A stretch of DNA of 64,000 nt from an uncultured Microbulbifer sp. (lineage in GTDB: Bacteria; Pseudomonadota; Gammaproteobacteria; Pseudomonadales; Cellvibrionaceae): NCBI RefSeq assembly GCF_913055755.1, contig NZ_CAJXKH010000007.1, positions 2,256-66,255 of the forward strand, read 5' to 3'. The notes under the pieces are model-generated. The model was given only the letters and a program-made list of their open reading frames with translations. It did not search any database and was not told where the DNA came from. Below, piece by piece: positions 39,001 to 49,034 of the stretch (positions are counted from its first letter, which is position 1; every line of letters begins with the position of its first letter). Made by a program: the position numbers and the translations under genes.

Positions 39001-42000
39001 AACTGCCTTGCGGCTGGTGGCAGCGACCGGGCAGCCGGCACTGCACAACTGACGCGACAGCTTCTGTACAGGCACACCGGGGGCGTCGCTTTCGATCAGT
39101 TGGCCGAAGTGATCGTACTGGTTGGTGGTGGTATGGCCGTTTGCATCGGTCTGCGTCAGCGGTTGACCAGTGCGCGTATCATAGGTGGCATCGTTGGCGG
39201 CCACCGTCAGACCCCAAGCGCTGTTGTAGGTTTTGGTTACAAAGTACCCATCCGTAGAGTAACCCATCCCGGTCCAGCGGCTGCCCTCAATCGCGGTGTT
39301 GCCGGCACCATTACTGGTGAGGGTAACCCTATCCAGCTGCTTGTATGGACCCGAGTAACGATTGGTGGTGATCAGGTTGAGCGACGTATCGCTGCTGGTC
39401 TTGGTCACCTTGGTAGGCTGGCGGGTGCTGGCGTCGGTGTATTCAAACGTTTTGGTAACGGTGACATCGGCCAGCGCGTCGTCCGGCAGTTGAGGCACAA
39501 CGGTATAGGTGATCTGATTGCGCTCTGAGCTGCTGTCCAGCTTGAACCACCAGACAGATGTATCCAGGGTGAAGCTGTTGTCTTTGGTAACGGTTTTAGT
39601 CACATCACCGGCAGCATCGCTAACGGTCACCGTCTCGCCTGTGAGCAGCCCCAGGTAGTTATGCACTCGAGTGACCGACTCTGTGCTGATAGGGCTGCCA
39701 TCCAGCTCGGACTTTTCTGTTGTCGAGGTTTCGGCGTAGACAAATTTGGTGGCGGCCAATTGACCCTCGACGGTTGTCAGATTATTGACCAAGGAACCTG
39801 TTGTAACCAGCTCTCCACTGCTGTTGCGCACCTTGGTTACCTGGGTGAGGACAGATCCGGATTGCGGGAATTCCTGCGCGAACGTTGTCACCACTTCCGC
39901 ATAGGACTGGCTGTCGGAAGCGGAGGCGTATTTGCGCTCGGTGATCTCCCTGAAGCCCTGGTGCCCCCTTCCCTGTAGGTTGAACAGCGCATCCTTGTAA
40001 CCGAACGTGGTTTTAGTCAGACCACCCAGGCCATCACTTGTGCGGTATTCCTTAACCGCATTGGAATTGGTGCTGCCATTGATATTGGGGAAAGGCTGCA
40101 CGGTGCTGGTGACGGAGTAGAAATCATCATCACTGTGCAACATGGCGTAATCAAATTCGTGTTTTACGCCCAGGCCCGTGGTAACCGAGGAAACCTGATC
40201 GGTATTGCTGTTCTGGTTGTAGTAAACATAAATACCGGGTTGGTTGGCGTAGGGGCCGGTCATGGCGATATCCCCATTTAACTTACGCCCGAAACGGGTT
40301 ACAAAATCCGCATAGCCGTCACCATTGTAATCAAAGATATTCAGGTCTGTGAGCGGGGCGATCACAGGAAGTGCGGTTTCATTTCCGTACGAGATGATTC
40401 CCTTGTCATCCTTATTACCAAATACGATCTTCCACGAATAGAGGTCCAACTTATCCTTAAGGTTGTCTACATCCCCGACACAGGGAATGGCGCAACCGTA
40501 GGGATAAACGATATCTCCCGGGATTACCAGGTCGGTTACACCATCCCTGTTATAATCCACCGTACGGATATAGCTGTGCAAAAATCTCGTAACGGGTGTG
40601 CCGGTTGACGGTATAACCGACGACTGCTGAAGTCTATCATTCCAACCTACAAAGTAATTTACCGAAGTCAGGTCCCCGCCGGTGTTAATCCGCAAGCGCC
40701 ATTCAAAATCGCCCGCAACAAACTCCAAGACATCCAGCAAACCATCCTGATTCGCATCAAAATATACAGGCGTATAAGAATTACTTACCTGCACACCCGC
40801 ATCATCAACACTGATCGACTGGAAATCATCGCCATCCCAATTGGTAGAAATGACAAGCGTCTTACTATCATTGTAATTGATTAGGCCTTCGTCCCGACCA
40901 AAAAGCTCTTGACGACCATCGCCGTCGAAATCGGTAATAACCAGAGGACTATCTATGGATAAAGAATCACTACTACCAAGATAAGTGAAGCTTCCATTCC
41001 CGCCACCCCGAAAAAACTTCAACGTGACACTGTATCGATCCGTTTGATACGTCGTAATGAGGTCCTGAATACCATCACCATTTAGATCCAAGGAGTATGC
41101 GGAGCAAGTACGAAACTTGTTCATCAACGGGTCATTAGGGTTATCATTGTATGGCCAGTCAATACACTCGGAATCAGCATTGCTCGCGATCGTTACAAAT
41201 TGCTCTCCATCCCAACTTGCAAAGCGTATGCTGCTCCCCAACTGTGCATGATCCATCCTTCCATCACCATTAAAGTCAATTCCGCTATTGGAAAAACTTT
41301 CGGATTGATTGTAGCTCCCACCGTCCATTTTGCTCGCAAACGGCAATTTTTCCGCGCTACCAGTCGTCGACAATCTTACAAACCCGTCGTGCCCCTCGCT
41401 ATAAACCAAATCCGGCGTTCCATCGCCATCGTAATCGAAATTGGCACCGATACCTTCATCCCAACCACTGAACACAGTGCTGGTAAAAGGCACAGCTTTG
41501 AGCGGCGTACTGGAAATCCCAGACTGCCAATTGTCCCACTCAAAATATGTTTCCTTGTAGCAGCGACGCTCTGTACCAGCACTATTCCAACCACACGGCG
41601 TTACCCCCTTCAGTTTGGAAAGCGTCGTATTTGGATGATAGGCGATCTCGTAATCCCGGACTCGAACACTACCAATATACGTCTGCACCAGTGTCAAGCG
41701 CTGATCGATCTTCTTACGACTGCCGTTACGGTAGCTCACCTGAATATCATCACGGGGCCCATAGCCGAAAAATACGCGACGGTTACCCAAAATATCACCG
41801 TTACCTGTGTAGTAGATATTGCGAAGGAGAGAATCTCCTTCGATTGCCAGGTATTCATAAGTAATGCTGTTGTTATGCAAATCCTGGCTTTTGCGCAACT
41901 TCCAGGTAATACGCACACCATTGCGCGTAATGAGACTGTTTGAGTGATTGCCGTAGTAGTCCACAGTGCCGTTGCTGTGCTCGGCGGTAAAGGAGGCTGA

Positions 42001-44775
42001 AGCCAGAGTGCCAGATTGCGTAACCTTCAGCTGCGGTTTGGTTTCCGGGTAGTAGACGGCACCACTAATACCATAACTACTACTGCTGTTCGCAAGCACC
42101 AGGCGTTCGCCGTTGAGGCAGAGCTTGTCTTCCGTATCGTCAGTGACACTGCCGCCGGTTCCTTCCAGGTCATAGATATCCGCACAACGGCTTATGGCGC
42201 CACCGGCTGCAATACTACCCCCCACTCCAAGCAAGCCATTTCCACCCGTACTGTTGTATTCGAGGCTGACCTTGGGCTGAAACCGCGCCCGGCCCGGAGG
42301 TAATACAAGGGGAATTGAAAGGTTGACAGAACCACCGTTTACCGCCACTCCCGGATTCAAATGACCGACAGTTGAGTCGTTTTCCGGAACCAGAAGTGCT
42401 GTCGGAGGGGCATCTGTAATATCCCCAATCACCCAGGGGGTGATATCGATCGATGCCCCACCCGTTGTGTAACAGGAAATTGAGGTATTACAGGCGGTCA
42501 GTTGATATTCCCAAGATTCTTCGGGCACAGTTTTGGTGAAGTTTTTACTTGTCGCACCGCCCTGATAAGCCGTGTTCCAAGTGCTGGTACCTACCTTGCG
42601 CTCTTTTAACGTCCACTCGGTAACCATTGTAGAAGACAAAAAATCTACTTCGTAACTATTCCGGGCTTTAACCGCACCGGGAACTGATAGAGAGACACTC
42701 TGTGGCAACCTGCGTGCATTGACGGCATTGCTGGCAGTGCTGGTAGTACAGGCCCAATCAAATTCGTTGCAAAATGAGACTTTGAAATACCAGTTTCCGT
42801 CCGTCAGGCCACTAGCTACGGCTGTTACCGATGTCACATGAGTGCCGGGGCTATGCTCTGCGAAACTTCCACTCGCCCCATTTCTGCTTAGTAGCTTGTA
42901 ATATTTTCCACCTCCCGGGGCAGCACCGAAATTTGCCGTGATACTCTGGTTTGTTGTATTCGCTGGTACTACAGGCGCGGGAGGTGTCGCAGGTTTCAGT
43001 CGCACGTATCCGATACTGCTAGCCGTTGAATATGCGGAACAGGCCCAGCCGAACTCATTGCAGGCGCGGACTTTAAATGTCCAGTTACCGTCGACCAAAC
43101 TACCCGGTGTACCGCTGGTCGAACTTGTACCGGTAATGGCATTGGCCCAGGAGCCAGCATCCAGGCGCTTTTGCAGATCGTAGTAGGAGACGGCACCACT
43201 CGGCTTGCTCCAGCTTACCGACAAGCTACCAGTGGTACTTGTGGATTCCGGATTAGGTGCAGCTGGAATAGTTGGTTTATAACGGACATAGTTTATGCCA
43301 CTTGCAGGTGAATAACTTGAGCACGCCCAGCTATAGTCATTACAGGCGCGAACTCTGAAGGACCAATCCCCCTCGCCCAGCGACGACGGAGTTCCACTGA
43401 TTGAACTTGTTCCGGTAATGGCATTGGACCAACTACCACCACCCAACCTTTTTTGAAGATCGTAATAGGCGACTGAACCGCTAGGCTTGGACCAGTTAAC
43501 CGGTACACTACCGTTCGTACTCTGTGCTCCGGAGGACGGCGCTACGGGTGCGGACGGTTTAAACCGAACATACCCGACGCTGCTCACCGATGAATATGCA
43601 GAACAGGCCCAGCTGAACTCATTGCAGGCGCGGACTTTAAATGTCCAGTTACCTTCAGCCAAACTACCCGGCGTCCCGCTGGTCGCGCTTGTACCGGTAA
43701 TCGCATTGGACCAGGAACCGGCATCCAGGCGCTTTTGCAGATCATAATAGGAGACAGTGCCACTCGGTTTACTCCAGCTTACAGGCACACTGCCGCTGGT
43801 ATTGTGTGCTGCCGGGCTCGGCGCCGCCGGTGTTGATGGCGGGCGCCGCACATAATTAATACCGCTCCCCGCTGAATAACCGGAACACGCCCAGCTGTAC
43901 CCGTTGCAGGCGCGAACCCTAAAGGTCCAGTTCCCATCGGTGAGAGACGGCGAACCATTTGTCGAAGAAGTACCAGTTATGGCATTGCTCCAGCTACCGC
44001 TACCCAAGCGTTTCTGCAGGTCGTAGTAGGTCACTGAACCACTGGGCTTGGACCAGCTTACTGGAACACTGCCGCTGGTGCTTTTTACTCCGGAAGACGG
44101 CGAAATTGGGGTAGAAGGCTTATAGCGGACGTAATTGATTCCGCTGGCGGGTGAATAGGTAGAACAGGTTCCACTGTACTCATCACAAGCGCGCACACGG
44201 AATGTCCAGTTTCCGTTACTCAAACCCGTCAGGGATTTACTCGTACCTGTTAAATCGCTGCCAGCAGATGTCCAGGAACCGCTCCCGAGACGCTTTTGCA
44301 GGTCGTAATCGCTCACAACGCCAGCGGGCTTACTCCAGGTGACATTGATAGCTCCATTAGTGCTTTTCGCACCAGAAGATGGCGCCGTTGGCCGACCGGG
44401 AGTACGGACTACCGAAACGTTGCCAGAATAAACCCAAGCGGTGCACCGAGTATTCTCAAATCCTAGACAGCGCTTGGCACGGTAACGATATACCGCTGTA
44501 TAGCGATCTGAAACCGCTACAGAGCTGCCGCCAATGATAAAATTTGAAATACTCGAATAGCTGCCGCCGTCCTTTTGCTCCTGTAGCTCAATCCAGCCTT
44601 CCAGGTTCGTTTCCGGAGCAGAGTCAATAACAACCGAATAATTCCCGTCGTTATCGTTCGATGGGACTGAAACGCTTTTAACTGGAAGCAAGGTTCCACT
44701 TATGGGAACTGAATTAGCGATAGTGGAAACAACAAGAAACAAGAAACAAAATAAAAACTGATGAATTCGGTTCAT
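36094..44775 (-). CDS. Giant secreted Rhs/YD-repeat polymorphic toxin: signal peptide, about 8 FN3-like domains, SpvB-like domain, 7 FG-GAP/VCBS repeats, YD shell, Rhs core, toxin tip
   Basis: SIPLVLPPGR..QPKVSLEYNS; D.NGDG..D-type motif x7; many YD repeats; RGFTDHEHLD..ELIHMNGRAYD..LGRFLSVDP, NPYSYVMNNPLRYTDPTG (DPTG at 36945-36934). Confidence 0.95.
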   Translation of the reverse strand: MNRIHQFLFCFLFLVVSTIANSVPISGTLLPVKSVSVPSNDNDGNYSVVIDSAPETNLEGWIELQEQKDGGSYSSISNFIIGGSSVAVSDRYTAVYRYRAKRCLGFENTRCTAWVYSGNVSVVRTPGRPTAPSSGAKSTNGAINVTWSKPAGVVSDYDLQKRLGSGSWTSAGSDLTGTSKSLTGLSNGNWTFRVRACDEYSGTCSTYSPASGINYVRYKPSTPISPSSGVKSTSGSVPVSWSKPSGSVTYYDLQKRLGSGSWSNAITGTSSTNGSPSLTDGNWTFRVRACNGYSWACSGYSAGSGINYVRRPPSTPAAPSPAAHNTSGSVPVSWSKPSGTVSYYDLQKRLDAGSWSNAITGTSATSGTPGSLAEGNWTFKVRACNEFSWACSAYSSVSSVGYVRFKPSAPVAPSSGAQSTNGSVPVNWSKPSGSVAYYDLQKRLGGGSWSNAITGTSSISGTPSSLGEGDWSFRVRACNDYSWACSSYSPASGINYVRYKPTIPAAPNPESTSTTGSLSVSWSKPSGAVSYYDLQKRLDAGSWANAITGTSSTSGTPGSLVDGNWTFKVRACNEFGWACSAYSTASSIGYVRLKPATPPAPVVPANTTNQSITANFGAAPGGGKYYKLLSRNGASGSFAEHSPGTHVTSVTAVASGLTDGNWYFKVSFCNEFDWACTTSTASNAVNARRLPQSVSLSVPGAVKARNSYEVDFLSSTMVTEWTLKERKVGTSTWNTAYQGGATSKNFTKTVPEESWEYQLTACNTSISCYTTGGASIDITPWVIGDITDAPPTALLVPENDSTVGHLNPGVAVNGGSVNLSIPLVLPPGRARFQPKVSLEYNSTGGNGLLGVGGSIAAGGAISRCADIYDLEGTGGSVTDDTEDKLCLNGERLVLANSSSSYGISGAVYYPETKPQLKVTQSGTLASASFTAEHSNGTVDYYGNHSNSLITRNGVRITWKLRKSQDLHNNSITYEYLAIEGDSLLRNIYYTGNGDILGNRRVFFGYGPRDDIQVSYRNGSRKKIDQRLTLVQTYIGSVRVRDYEIAYHPNTTLSKLKGVTPCGWNSAGTERRCYKETYFEWDNWQSGISSTPLKAVPFTSTVFSGWDEGIGANFDYDGDGTPDLVYSEGHDGFVRLSTTGSAEKLPFASKMDGGSYNQSESFSNSGIDFNGDGRMDHAQLGSSIRFASWDGEQFVTIASNADSECIDWPYNDNPNDPLMNKFRTCSAYSLDLNGDGIQDLITTYQTDRYSVTLKFFRGGGNGSFTYLGSSDSLSIDSPLVITDFDGDGRQELFGRDEGLINYNDSKTLVISTNWDGDDFQSISVDDAGVQVSNSYTPVYFDANQDGLLDVLEFVAGDFEWRLRINTGGDLTSVNYFVGWNDRLQQSSVIPSTGTPVTRFLHSYIRTVDYNRDGVTDLVIPGDIVYPYGCAIPCVGDVDNLKDKLDLYSWKIVFGNKDDKGIISYGNETALPVIAPLTDLNIFDYNGDGYADFVTRFGRKLNGDIAMTGPYANQPGIYVYYNQNSNTDQVSSVTTGLGVKHEFDYAMLHSDDDFYSVTSTVQPFPNINGSTNSNAVKEYRTSDGLGGLTKTTFGYKDALFNLQGRGHQGFREITERKYASASDSQSYAEVVTTFAQEFPQSGSVLTQVTKVRNSSGELVTTGSLVNNLTTVEGQLAATKFVYAETSTTEKSELDGSPISTESVTRVHNYLGLLTGETVTVSDAAGDVTKTVTKDNSFTLDTSVWWFKLDSSSERNQITYTVVPQLPDDALADVTVTKTFEYTDASTRQPTKVTKTSSDTSLNLITTNRYSGPYKQLDRVTLTSNGAGNTAIEGSRWTGMGYSTDGYFVTKTYNSAWGLTVAANDATYDTRTGQPLTQTDANGHTTTNQYDHFGQLIESDAPGVPVQKLSRQLCSAGCPVAATSRKAVYFEIAAQAGAPLNVSYYDVLGREVYRETEGANGTIVQWQSYDSRGRVTQVADPHYVSATNGYGIVDFTEFDGLNRPIAKTVQRLPISYDVAYDYSGLGTDITVTPNALGPVLMMASRSSVLGQPLYHQDAKGQHTYFRYDALGNVAMIQDVAGNAITATYNGFGHKLGLSDPNMGNWQFSYNALGELRWQKDAKSQVTTFNYDALGRLRHQYPGSDAAHHFQFDASAYGTLDREYTGSSTNPAFERIYEYDSLQREIARTTQIDGRVFVQKTAWDTNYGRIKGLSYPGGTIVETRYDETGRVAEDWDFAAGIKLRSVDNRSATEAILQQSFANALIEETNYNAAGLIEQRCVSSLIGNCSKSKLIYDEYDSYGNLNHRENAIAGVEESFTYDNLHRLTQSSRSWNGYVPTTLHSTVDYDYDAAGNLLYKTDFSSGSLSAYQYGDASRSTGNAGPNAVTQVQLKDLSTRSYAYDLNGNLTADGLRSISYGVNNKPRSISHSNGNSATFYYGSDNSRYKQVATNGSATTTRYYLGAYEYEQTVQGGNTTVVERTAVGDFAQYRTQTLNGSAEFTGWEFLHKDHLGSIESVSDIAGAIKERRGFDPFGKARDLREDDSNGGLLGRATTKRGFTDHEHLDGVELIHMNGRAYDYNLGRFLSVDPFISMPENSQAYNPYSYVMNNPLRYTDPTGYLVNLPETNISVSDETARDVQSQIDNCNSSRCGGVAVTLSDGTIVVYLKGNGNGGGKIGAVAVNSPRERTDRNGANSVASGQSSEEKHLGILSRETASGAQEGLTVSSSLIALGTAEAKMLQESNQVLLDGDRVRSLHYYGNQFDSAELVKAAKEGQLKLVRISQAAGGAGYVLTAVNISTDAYQFRTGELSTGRYVYRHTGNTIAIGLAVVGSGGWAAVVGLGFFGGEKLYDHAIVPGARVVRQEVRKMDQVIERGNGAELVTFGRELNLNNLFGGDR
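36684..36694. repeat. 11-bp cassette-boundary repeat, proximal copy inside the Rhs C-terminal region
   Basis: TACTCTGCCCA, within the codons for S-G-Q-S-S-E. Confidence 0.75.
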
Positions 44776-44983
44776 CGATATTCCCTGCGGCATACCAGGT
44801 AAGAATTACCAAAGAAGATACCGGAACAGGGACAGGTCGACGCATTACACGCCATTACACGCAGTGTTTTGAGACTCGATTCACACAATATGCCCAACTC
44901 AAATGAACTAAACTGACTAACGTTACCGCAGGCAGCCCGGTTAATCTCGCACCTATAGCGGTTATTTCGCTGCGTCGCGCACG

Positions 44984-45460
44984 TTACATTTGAATATTAA
45001 ATTTCAGAAAGGCTTCTTCAATTTTTCCCGCAAGTATTCTGTCTTCCTTCGCACGCAGGATTTCAATCACACACTCTGCGGTACACAGACCACCACTTTT
45101 CTGATTGCGCCGCAGGCGGTAGCTGGAGCCCTGCTCCGGCCGCAGATTTACCCGGGGGGCCGCTTTCAGATAGGGGCTGCGATTGAACATCTTGCGCGCT
45201 TCTTGCCAGGTGGCGTCCAGCAGGATGAAGTTGTCACACTCGGCGACCTCAATTTCTCTCCCCTCGGCCTCGGATAGCGGATACAACAATCCAGCCGCGC
45301 CACTTTCCACCATCTTGGCCAGCACCGGATCCGGGCTGGTGCGACTCCAGACGATACGCTGAACCAGCCCGTTAGCTCCTCCGGCCACAGAAAGTGCTAA
45401 TGACCCGGTGTTGGTGCGCCTGTCGAGCTCGCGCTCGTGGGTCAGCAGAAATATCTTCAC
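44984..45460 (-). CDS. DTW domain protein (tRNA aminocarboxypropyltransferase-like)
   Basis: H..E....TNTG, LLDATWQEARKM, YRLRRNQ, LCTAE. Confidence 0.9.
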   Translation of the reverse strand: MKIFLLTHERELDRRTNTGSLALSVAGGANGLVQRIVWSRTSPDPVLAKMVESGAAGLLYPLSEAEGREIEVAECDNFILLDATWQEARKMFNRSPYLKAAPRVNLRPEQGSSYRLRRNQKSGGLCTAECVIEILRAKEDRILAGKIEEAFLKFNIQM

Positions 45461-45470
45461 GGAAGCCGCT

Positions 45471-46499
45471 TCAAGCCATCAGCTGCCTGGCCACATCCAG
45501 CATGCGGTTGGCAAAACCCCATTCGTTGTCGAACCAGATCAGCACCTTGACCAGTTTGCCCCCGGCGACGCGGGTCTGGCTGGCGTCGACGGTGCCGGAG
45601 CGGGGATCGTGGTTGTAGTCGCAGGATGCCAGGGGTTCTTCGGTGTAGCCGAGCACGCCGGCGAACTGGTTGGCGGCGGCGGTTTTCAGCACGGAGTTCA
45701 CTTCCGCCTGGGTGACGTTCCGTTTCAGTTGCACCGAGAGGTCGATGGCGGAGACGTTGACGGTGGGTACGCGCATAGCCTGGGCTTCGAATTTGCCAGC
45801 CATGTCCGGGAGTATGCGCTCGATACCGCGGGCGAGTCCGGTGTCCACGGGGATGATGGAGGAGATGGCGGAGCGGGTTTTGCGCAGGTCGGTGTGGTGG
45901 TAGGCGTCGTTCACCGGCTGGTCGTTCATGGCGGAATGAATGGTGGTGATGACGCCGGCTTCGATGCCGAAGGCTTTTTCCAGTGCAGCGATGACGGGCA
46001 CGCTGCAGTTGGTGGTGCAGGAGGCGGCGGAGATGATGGTTTCGCTGCCGGTGAGCGTGGTGTCGTTGACGCCGTAGACGATGGTGGCGTCGACGTCGCG
46101 ACTGGCGGGCTGTGAGAAGATGACTTTTTTCGCGCCGGCCTTCAGGTGCAGTTCGGCCCGCTCCCGTTCGCTGAAGCTGCCGGTGCATTCGAGCACGATG
46201 TCGACGCCGGTTTTGCGCCAGTCGAGGTCTTCCAGGTTCTGGTGGTGGGTGACGGCGATGCTGTCGTCGTTGACCTGCAGGCAGTCGTTATGCGCGGAGA
46301 CCTGACCGTGGAAGCGGCCGTGGACGGTGTCGTATTTGGTGAGGTGCGCGATGGTGGCGCAGTCGGCCAGCTCGTTGATGGCGACGATCTGCAGCTGGTC
46401 GCGCAGACTGGATTCGTAGAGCGCGCGGAGCACGCTGCGGCCGATGCGGCCGTAGCCGTTGATGGCGATTCTTATCGGTGTGGGTATAGGTGCGGACAT
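45471..46499 (-). CDS. epd: Erythrose-4-phosphate dehydrogenase (GAPDH family)
   Basis: [44 protein letters not shown]; located downstream of tkt. Confidence 0.93.
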   Translation of the reverse strand: MSAPIPTPIRIAINGYGRIGRSVLRALYESSLRDQLQIVAINELADCATIAHLTKYDTVHGRFHGQVSAHNDCLQVNDDSIAVTHHQNLEDLDWRKTGVDIVLECTGSFSERERAELHLKAGAKKVIFSQPASRDVDATIVYGVNDTTLTGSETIISAASCTTNCSVPVIAALEKAFGIEAGVITTIHSAMNDQPVNDAYHHTDLRKTRSAISSIIPVDTGLARGIERILPDMAGKFEAQAMRVPTVNVSAIDLSVQLKRNVTQAEVNSVLKTAAANQFAGVLGYTEEPLASCDYNHDPRSGTVDASQTRVAGGKLVKVLIWFDNEWGFANRMLDVARQLMA

Positions 46500-46565
46500 T
46501 TGTACCTCGGGCTTATTCCTCCACCCTCGGTCAGTGCGCTGTTCCCGTGCGGTGGCGGTCAGGCA

Positions 46566-46658
46566 CGGGGCAAGGGTTTTTGGAACCGCGGTGAACCCAT
46601 CCCTGGGCGCTGCGGCGCAAACATCCTGTTTGCGACGCTTCCGAAAACCCTTGCCCCG
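46566..46658. repeat. MITE/REP-like 93-bp element with terminal inverted repeats
   Basis: CGGGGCAAGGGTTTTtGGAA ... TTCCgAAAACCCTTGCCCCG; internal hairpin CGCAAACA-TCC-TGTTTGCG. Confidence 0.7.
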
Positions 46659-46718
46659 CACCTGCCCTGCGATTCTGACTGCTGCGCAACGTACGTCGTA
46701 TCAGCAGTCAGCGCTTTG

Positions 46719-48719
46719 TTACTTCAGCAGTCCTTCAACCGCTTCCGCAACTTTCTCGGCGGTGATGCCGAACTCTTTCATCAGGTCACCGGCCGGTGCG
46801 GATTCACCGAAGGTTTCCATACCGATGATGGCGCCGTCAAAGCCGACGAACTTGTACCAGTAATCCTTGTGCGCAGCTTCTACCGCGACGCGGGCGCGCA
46901 CGGCGGAAGGCAGTACGGATTCGCGGTAGTCGGCGCTCTGGGCGGAGAAGGCTTCGGCGCAGGGCATGGAGACCACGCGCACCTTGCGACCGGCGAGCTG
47001 GTCGGCGGCAGCTACGGCCAGTTCCACTTCGGAGCCGGTGGCGATGATGATGGCTTCCGGTTCACCGTCGCAGTCGCGCAGGATGTAACCACCCTTCTCT
47101 ACGGCGGCCAGCTGTTCATCGCTGCGCGGCTGCGGGGCGAGACCCTGGCGACTGAAGATGAGGGCGCTGGGGCCGTCGTTGCGGGACACCGCCATTTTCC
47201 AGCTCACCGCGGATTCGGTGGCGTCGCAGGGGCGCCAGGTGTGCAGGTTCGGGGTGGAGCGCAGCGCGGTGAGCTGCTCTACCGGCTGGTGGGTGGGACC
47301 GTCTTCGCCGAGGCCGATGGAGTCGTGGGTGTAGACGAACACTACACGCTGCTTCATCAGTGCGGCCATGCGCACGGCGTTGCGGGCGTATTCCATGAAC
47401 ATCAGGAAGGTGGCGCCGTAGGGGACGAAACCACCGTGCAGGGCGATGCCGTTCATGATGGCGCTCATGCCGAATTCGCGCACGCCGTAGTAGACGTAGT
47501 TGCCGTCGGCGTCGTCGGCGCTCACGCCTTTGGATCCGGACCAGATGGTGAGGTTGGAGCCTGCGAGGTCGGCGGAGCCGCCGAGGAATTCTGGCAGCAG
47601 CGGGCCGTAGGCGTTGAGCGCATTCTGGCTCGCCTTGCGGGAGGCGATTTTCTCGCCGTCGGCCTGGCACTGTTTGATGTACTCGTCGGCCTTGGCGAGG
47701 AAGTCTGCCGGCAGCTCACCTTTGGTGCGGCGTACGAACTCGGCCGCCAGTTCCGGGTGCGCTTCCTTGTAGTCTTCGAAGATGTCGTTCCACTCTTCTT
47801 CCTGGGCCTCGCCCTTGGGGCGCGCGTCCCAGGCGTGGTACAGGTCTTCCGGGATTACGAAGGGCTCGTATTTCCAGCCCAGGGTCTCGCGTACCAGCGC
47901 GATCTCGTCGTCACCCAGCGGCGCGCCGTGACACTCTTCGCGGCCCTGCTTGTTGGGGGAGCCGAAGCCGATCACGGTCTTGCAGCAGATGATGGTGGGC
48001 TTGGAAGTTTCCGCGCGGGCTTCCTCGATCGCGGCCTTGATCGCCTGCGCGTCGTGGCCATCCACGCCCGGGATCACATGCCAGCCGTAGGATTCGAAGC
48101 GCTTCGGGGTGTCGTCGGTGAACCAGCCTTCCACTTCACCGTCAATGGAAATGCCGTTGTCGTCATAGAAGGCAATCAGCTTGCCGAGGCCCAGGGTACC
48201 CGCGAGGGAGCAGGCCTCGTGGGAGATGCCCTCCATCAGGCAGCCGTCGCCGAGGAAGGTGTAGGTGTGGTGATCCACCAGCTCGTAGCCTTCGCGGTTG
48301 AACTGGGCGGCCAGTACTTTTTCTGCCAGCGCCATGCCCACGGCGTTGGTGATGCCCTGGCCCAGCGGGCCGGTGGTGGTCTCCACGCCCGGCGCGTATC
48401 CGTATTCGGGATGGCCCGGGGTTTTGGAGTGCAGCTGGCGGAAGTTCTGCAGCTCGTGGATGGACAGGTCATAGCCTGTCAGGTGCAGCAGGGAATACAG
48501 CAGCATGGAACCGTGGCCATTGGACAGCACGAAGCGGTCGCGGTCCGCCCACTCGGGGTTGGCCGGATTGTGTTTCAGGTAGTCGTTCCACAGCACTTCG
48601 GCGATATCTGCCATACCCATGGGCGCGCCCGGGTGGCCGCTCTTGGCTTTCTGGACCGCGTCCATGGCGAGGGCGCGGATGGCGTTGGCCTTTTCTGTGC
48701 GAGACGGAGTAGAAGACAT
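46719..48719 (-). CDS. tkt: Transketolase
   Basis: [49 protein letters not shown]. Confidence 0.98.
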   Translation of the reverse strand: MSSTPSRTEKANAIRALAMDAVQKAKSGHPGAPMGMADIAEVLWNDYLKHNPANPEWADRDRFVLSNGHGSMLLYSLLHLTGYDLSIHELQNFRQLHSKTPGHPEYGYAPGVETTTGPLGQGITNAVGMALAEKVLAAQFNREGYELVDHHTYTFLGDGCLMEGISHEACSLAGTLGLGKLIAFYDDNGISIDGEVEGWFTDDTPKRFESYGWHVIPGVDGHDAQAIKAAIEEARAETSKPTIICCKTVIGFGSPNKQGREECHGAPLGDDEIALVRETLGWKYEPFVIPEDLYHAWDARPKGEAQEEEWNDIFEDYKEAHPELAAEFVRRTKGELPADFLAKADEYIKQCQADGEKIASRKASQNALNAYGPLLPEFLGGSADLAGSNLTIWSGSKGVSADDADGNYVYYGVREFGMSAIMNGIALHGGFVPYGATFLMFMEYARNAVRMAALMKQRVVFVYTHDSIGLGEDGPTHQPVEQLTALRSTPNLHTWRPCDATESAVSWKMAVSRNDGPSALIFSRQGLAPQPRSDEQLAAVEKGGYILRDCDGEPEAIIIATGSEVELAVAAADQLAGRKVRVVSMPCAEAFSAQSADYRESVLPSAVRARVAVEAAHKDYWYKFVGFDGAIIGMETFGESAPAGDLMKEFGITAEKVAEAVEGLLK

Positions 48720-48960
48720 AGGGAGATTTCTCGGTTTGGGGATCTTCGGTTCATCAGATGCGCTGCGGGCCCGGCTCTGGCGGCCAGTTTTCCGCTACCT
48801 CGAGTTGCCGCTACCGGTGGCGACCGGGGACAAAACGGGGGCGTATTTTCCCGTAATCGGCCCGCCGGCGCAAAGGTCAGAGGAGCAAATAGCGGTCGCT
48901 GACAGCAACATTTTCCTAACAACCTGCAATCTGGCTACCTGAATGAACAATGGTTACAGC

Positions 48961-49005
48961 TGTATCAAAAAATTTTAATACACCTAAATCAAAAAACTTT
49001 GATAT
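48961..49005. promoter_or_regulatory. Two tandem SahR-type operator palindromes
   Basis: TGTATCAAAAAATTTTAATACA and ATCAA-AAAACT-TTGAT directly upstream of the ArsR-methyltransferase gene. Confidence 0.65.
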
Positions 49006-49034
49006 AGATTCGGGGCGCTGCTAGACTCCGCGGC

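Larger units (their letters stand above)
30050..44950. other. AT-richer accessory island (AAA/TPR operon, RAYT, XRE, Rhs toxin locus); boundaries approximate
   Basis: Visible drop in GC and shift in codon usage relative to the flanks; mobile and toxin genes. Confidence 0.7.

Noticed and set aside
30050-44950. Prophage or integrase-borne island
   Set aside because: No phage structural genes, integrase, tRNA target or evident att repeats were found.
46500-46661. N-terminal extension of epd in the ORF track
   Set aside because: It runs through the inverted-repeat element; the ATG at 46499 has a GAGG RBS and fits the family start.
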